The position numbers were made by a program, and so were the translations under genes. Under the pieces are notes generated by a model, which saw nothing but the letters and a program-made list of their open reading frames with translations, made no database searches and was not told the origin of the DNA. From Selaginella moellendorffii (lineage: Eukaryota; Plantae; Lycopodiophyta), in the NCBI RefSeq assembly GCF_000143415.4, contig NW_003314297.1:1356461-1420460 (forward strand): a stretch of 64,000 bases of DNA. The letters are read 5' to 3'. How positions within the stretch are numbered: the first letter of the stretch is position 1; each line of letters opens with the position of its first letter. Positions 61,011-64,000 of the stretch are shown here, piece after piece.

Positions 61011-61731
61011 ATGGCGAGAGCGCAAGAAGGTGAATCGGGGCTTGACGCAGTCGTTCGCGATGCGGCAAATCAGAATGAGGAAAATGCTGGTGGCCAGGAG
61101 TCGGAGTTTGATACGATCGCTCGCTACAGAGGGCAGGCTCAGGAAAATATGGGGAATTTCTTAGCGCAGCATGTCGCTCGTCACGGCGAGCCGGGCAAGA
61201 ACAAGGGAATCGCGGTATGAAAAGGTTTTCTTTCCCTCTTCTCAAGTGGCGAAATCTCGCAGGGCAAGAGTGAGGAGCAACTCCAAGCTAAGGATGGATC
61301 GTCGATCTCTGACCAGCTTGGCAAGAGGTGAGTTTCTCTACAAGGCCTCCCGATTTCTCCTGTCCCATTCTTAGATCCTGGAGGATTTGAATCGCAGCTC
61401 GGACGAAGCTCGTGAAAGAGTCTTCCAGAGCGGGGATAGAACATACGACGCGATCGAGGAGGCGAAGAAGTCCGTCCAGAAGAGGTTTGAGGACGCGAGG
61501 AAAAATGCGAGCGACAAGAAGAAGGACGCACCGGATGAAGGAGCAGACAGCTACACCGCGATCAACGAAGCCAAGGAGGAGCTCAAGGACAAATACGATG
61601 CTGCTAGAGATCATTTCGATGAGAATGCCAGTGATGTGGATAAATCTCGAGAAGGACAAGATGGATCGAAGGAAGCCAGTGGCATTTCGTCGGTGACCCG
61701 ATCGATCAAAGAGGCCATCGCTGGAAAGTAA
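61011..61731 (+). CDS. LEA-like hydrophilic protein
   Basis: Highly charged A/D/E/K-rich helical repeats (YDAIEEAKK, AINEAKEELKDKYDAAR); two short introns; ABREs upstream. Confidence 0.65.
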
Positions 61732-61800
61732 ATCTCAAAACTTAAATTTGATATTATCTTAGTGCAAGGCTTATCAATTGATTAAAATGTAGTAGTCTTA

Positions 61801-61825
61801 CGCTGGAAAGAGGATTCGAACCTCT

Positions 61826-61867
<42 letters not shown>

Positions 61868-61874
61868 GTCCAGC
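61801..61874 (-). tRNA. tRNA-Asn(GTT)
   Basis: GCTGGACTAGCTCAGCAGGTTAGAGCGTGTGGCTGTTAACCACAAGGTCAGAGGTTCGAATCCTCTTTCCAGCG; full cloverleaf. Confidence 0.97.
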
Positions 61875-61966
61875 TTATATTAATAATAATAAACTTTAAA
61901 AATAAATAGTTAAATTTATTAACGCGCGGATCTCAACGCTAAACAGTTTTATCACATGCCTATAGC

Positions 61967-63534
61967 TCAGCTGCAAATTATATTTTGATCGAGCCTGATG
62001 GACGCGTTCACGAGCAAGTCAGCATTGAGCGTCATCGTTATACTTCTCGTGCGCTCTTCCATGTCGATCCCGCCCGGGTTAGCAGCACGCCAATTAAATG
62101 CCTGGAGCAAACTGGCCACGTAAAACGCGATCGATCTCATCGCCAGTGGATAGCCGGCACATACTCTCCTGCCCGATGAGAATGGAATGAAATCAAAGTT
62201 CTGCCCGTTGATGGCGCTGCTGGAGCCGAGAAAACGCTCCGGCTGGAACGCTCCTGGGTCGGGCCAGCGAGCGGGATCGCGTCCGATGGCCCATATGTTG
62301 ACGAGAACCTTGCAGCCGCCGGGGATGGTGTACCCGCCCAGGTTGACGGGCTTGAGATTCTTGTGAGGAACTCCCAGTGGGGCTGCCGGGTGGAGACGCA
62401 GTGATTCCTTGACAATGGCATCGATGTATGGAAGGTTTGGAAGATCGGACTCTTGCACCGCGCGAGCTCTCCCTACAACGCTGTCCAGTTCGGCTTGAGC
62501 CTTGGACACGACTCGGGGATGGTTTATGAGCTCCGCCATTGTCCACTCGAGCGTCACTAGTGAAGTTTCCAACCCTGCAACAACCATGTCCTGTCGCAAG
62601 AAGTGAAAAATACCAATATCTCGATGCTGGCAAAACTTACCCAGAGCAGTGCCAAAATGGAAATGTCTGGCAATTTATCCTTGTCCTCGAGAGATATAAG
62701 AACGTCAGTGAAGTCTCGAGGGACGAACCCGTCCCCAGCTTGATCTTTTCTGCGTCGATGCTTGTCGATTTGATCTTCCAGCAAGAGCTTCAGGCGAGGC
62801 ATGAGCTCCCTGTTGATTTTCTTGTAGACTCCATGGAGATCCAGCCCGTCAAGTGCCGGAAGCAGGGTACCGATGTTCAGGTGCAAGCTTAGAGAAGCTA
62901 TCTTCTGGCTGAGATCCATGACCTCCAGCCCCCGCTCGCTAAGAAGAACCAGGCATAGCGAATTCGACAAGAGACTACTGAAAACCTCGTGCAAATTGAT
63001 CGTTGTCTCGGATTGCTGGAAAATGGACTTGACTGTATGCTTCATCTCCGACTCACGGAATCCTGCGCTTGTCTTGAGCATACTGTTGCTAAACAGGTGT
63101 GTGCTGCAAATCCTCCTCATGGTCTTCCACTTATCACCTATGGGCCCGAGGATGAGACCGTTCCAGTCGTGGCTGATGATCCGAAAGAACTCGTCGTCCG
63201 GCCGGCTTGCAAACTCGAGATCGTGGGTCTTAAGAACCTGTGCGGCCATTTCGTTGTTGTTTACCACCACGAACGGGGCCATTCCGATCTTGAGGTAGAC
63301 GATCGGCCCATACTTCTTGCTGATCTTTGCAAAGTGCTGGTGGAGTGGCTCCTTGAGGGAGAAGAGCGCTCCAAAAATGGGGAAAGAGAATGGACCTGGA
63401 GGGAGGCGCCGTTGCTGCGACGATCGAATTCTCCCTATGAGGAGTGATAGTATGATCCAGCTGATGCCCAGGACGAACAAAGCCACACCTAAGTCCATCG
63501 CTTCAAAGGTCTGGATCTCCACGGCCATAGCCAT
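61967..63534 (-). CDS. Cytochrome P450, CYP71 clan (A-type), two exons
   Basis: TM anchor + LPPGP; AGLETS; KESLRLHP; PERF; FIPFSSGRRVCAG; intron 62591-62640; start may instead be 63498. Confidence 0.93.
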
Positions 63535-63934
63535 CAGGCTCAACGAAGACCCCGGTGGGCGGGGTTCGCAAGGCACCTTGCCGTCTCCGCTGGATGGCCC
63601 CGTGGAATGCATGCTCCCATAAAAAACTCGCAGTTAGCAGCCCACGACATGATTTAAATTTTTAATGATACCAGTCAAAGACATTTTTACAGGAGGTCGA
63701 AGAGATTCTCCAAGCCTTGGCCAATCTCCCATATAGAAACTCCAACGCCCGCGGAAACACTCTCTTCTAGCCCGGAAGAAACGCTCTTGGCAGTGGGGAA
63801 GTAGACCCTGTGCTTGTTTTGATCCTTAAAGTAGTGCAATCCCGGGATCAGAAGCTCCAAGAATTGGTCGCCAACAATAGCTCCACCACCTAGAATGAAA
63901 AGTAGGGTTAACAAATTGATCCTAAACAGATGTC

Positions 63935-64000
63935 TAAATGATATTTTGATCGAGCCGGGTTTACAAGCAAGGCGGCATTGAGCTTCATCGCCATACTTGC
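63935..64000 (-). pseudogene. 3' end of a tandem CYP450 paralog (runs off window)
   Basis: ASMAMKLNAALLVN parallels SITMTLNADLLVN; shared tattttgatcgagcc; a small deletion shifts the last codons. Confidence 0.65.

Noticed and set aside
63687-63914. 75 aa minus-strand ORF between CYP copies
   Set aside because: Non-ATG start and no motif

Overview
Eukaryotic nuclear DNA from a very compact land-plant genome, with about 28 genes in 64 kb, many ~50-65 nt GT-AG introns, telo-boxes and PLS-class PPR genes. This style strongly suggests a lycophyte such as Selaginella (inference). Genes in order: partial PPR, Dicer-like 1, ARMC7, nsLTP-like, KRP/ICK, PLS-E PPR, an orphan gene, DUF4283-like + F-box/Kelch, XPB, NOP53, Alba, a TPR protein, guanylate kinase, an RRM protein, LLPH-like, uL6, tRNA-Glu, FAF, bHLH, L-aspartate oxidase, SUVR-type SET, EIF1AD, extensin, a decayed TPR-SET gene, an RPW8-type NLR, LEA-like, tRNA-Asn and a CYP450. 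Two AT-rich, CG-poor islands (~20.0-24.9 kb and ~54.6-56.5 kb) interrupt the gene-dense sequence, and the first holds PIF/Harbinger transposase remnants. The most notable signal is a domain resembling LINE ORF1 DUF4283 that appears twice on host genes: in frame at the C-terminus of an intact RPW8-NB-ARC-LRR receptor, and just upstream of (one base out of frame with) an F-box/Kelch gene. Also notable are a plastid-type uL6 with a mitochondrial-looking presequence, a segmental duplication bracketing the NLR, and two divergent genes whose start codons are only ~18-30 bp apart. All family assignments come from motif recognition by eye; no database search was run.
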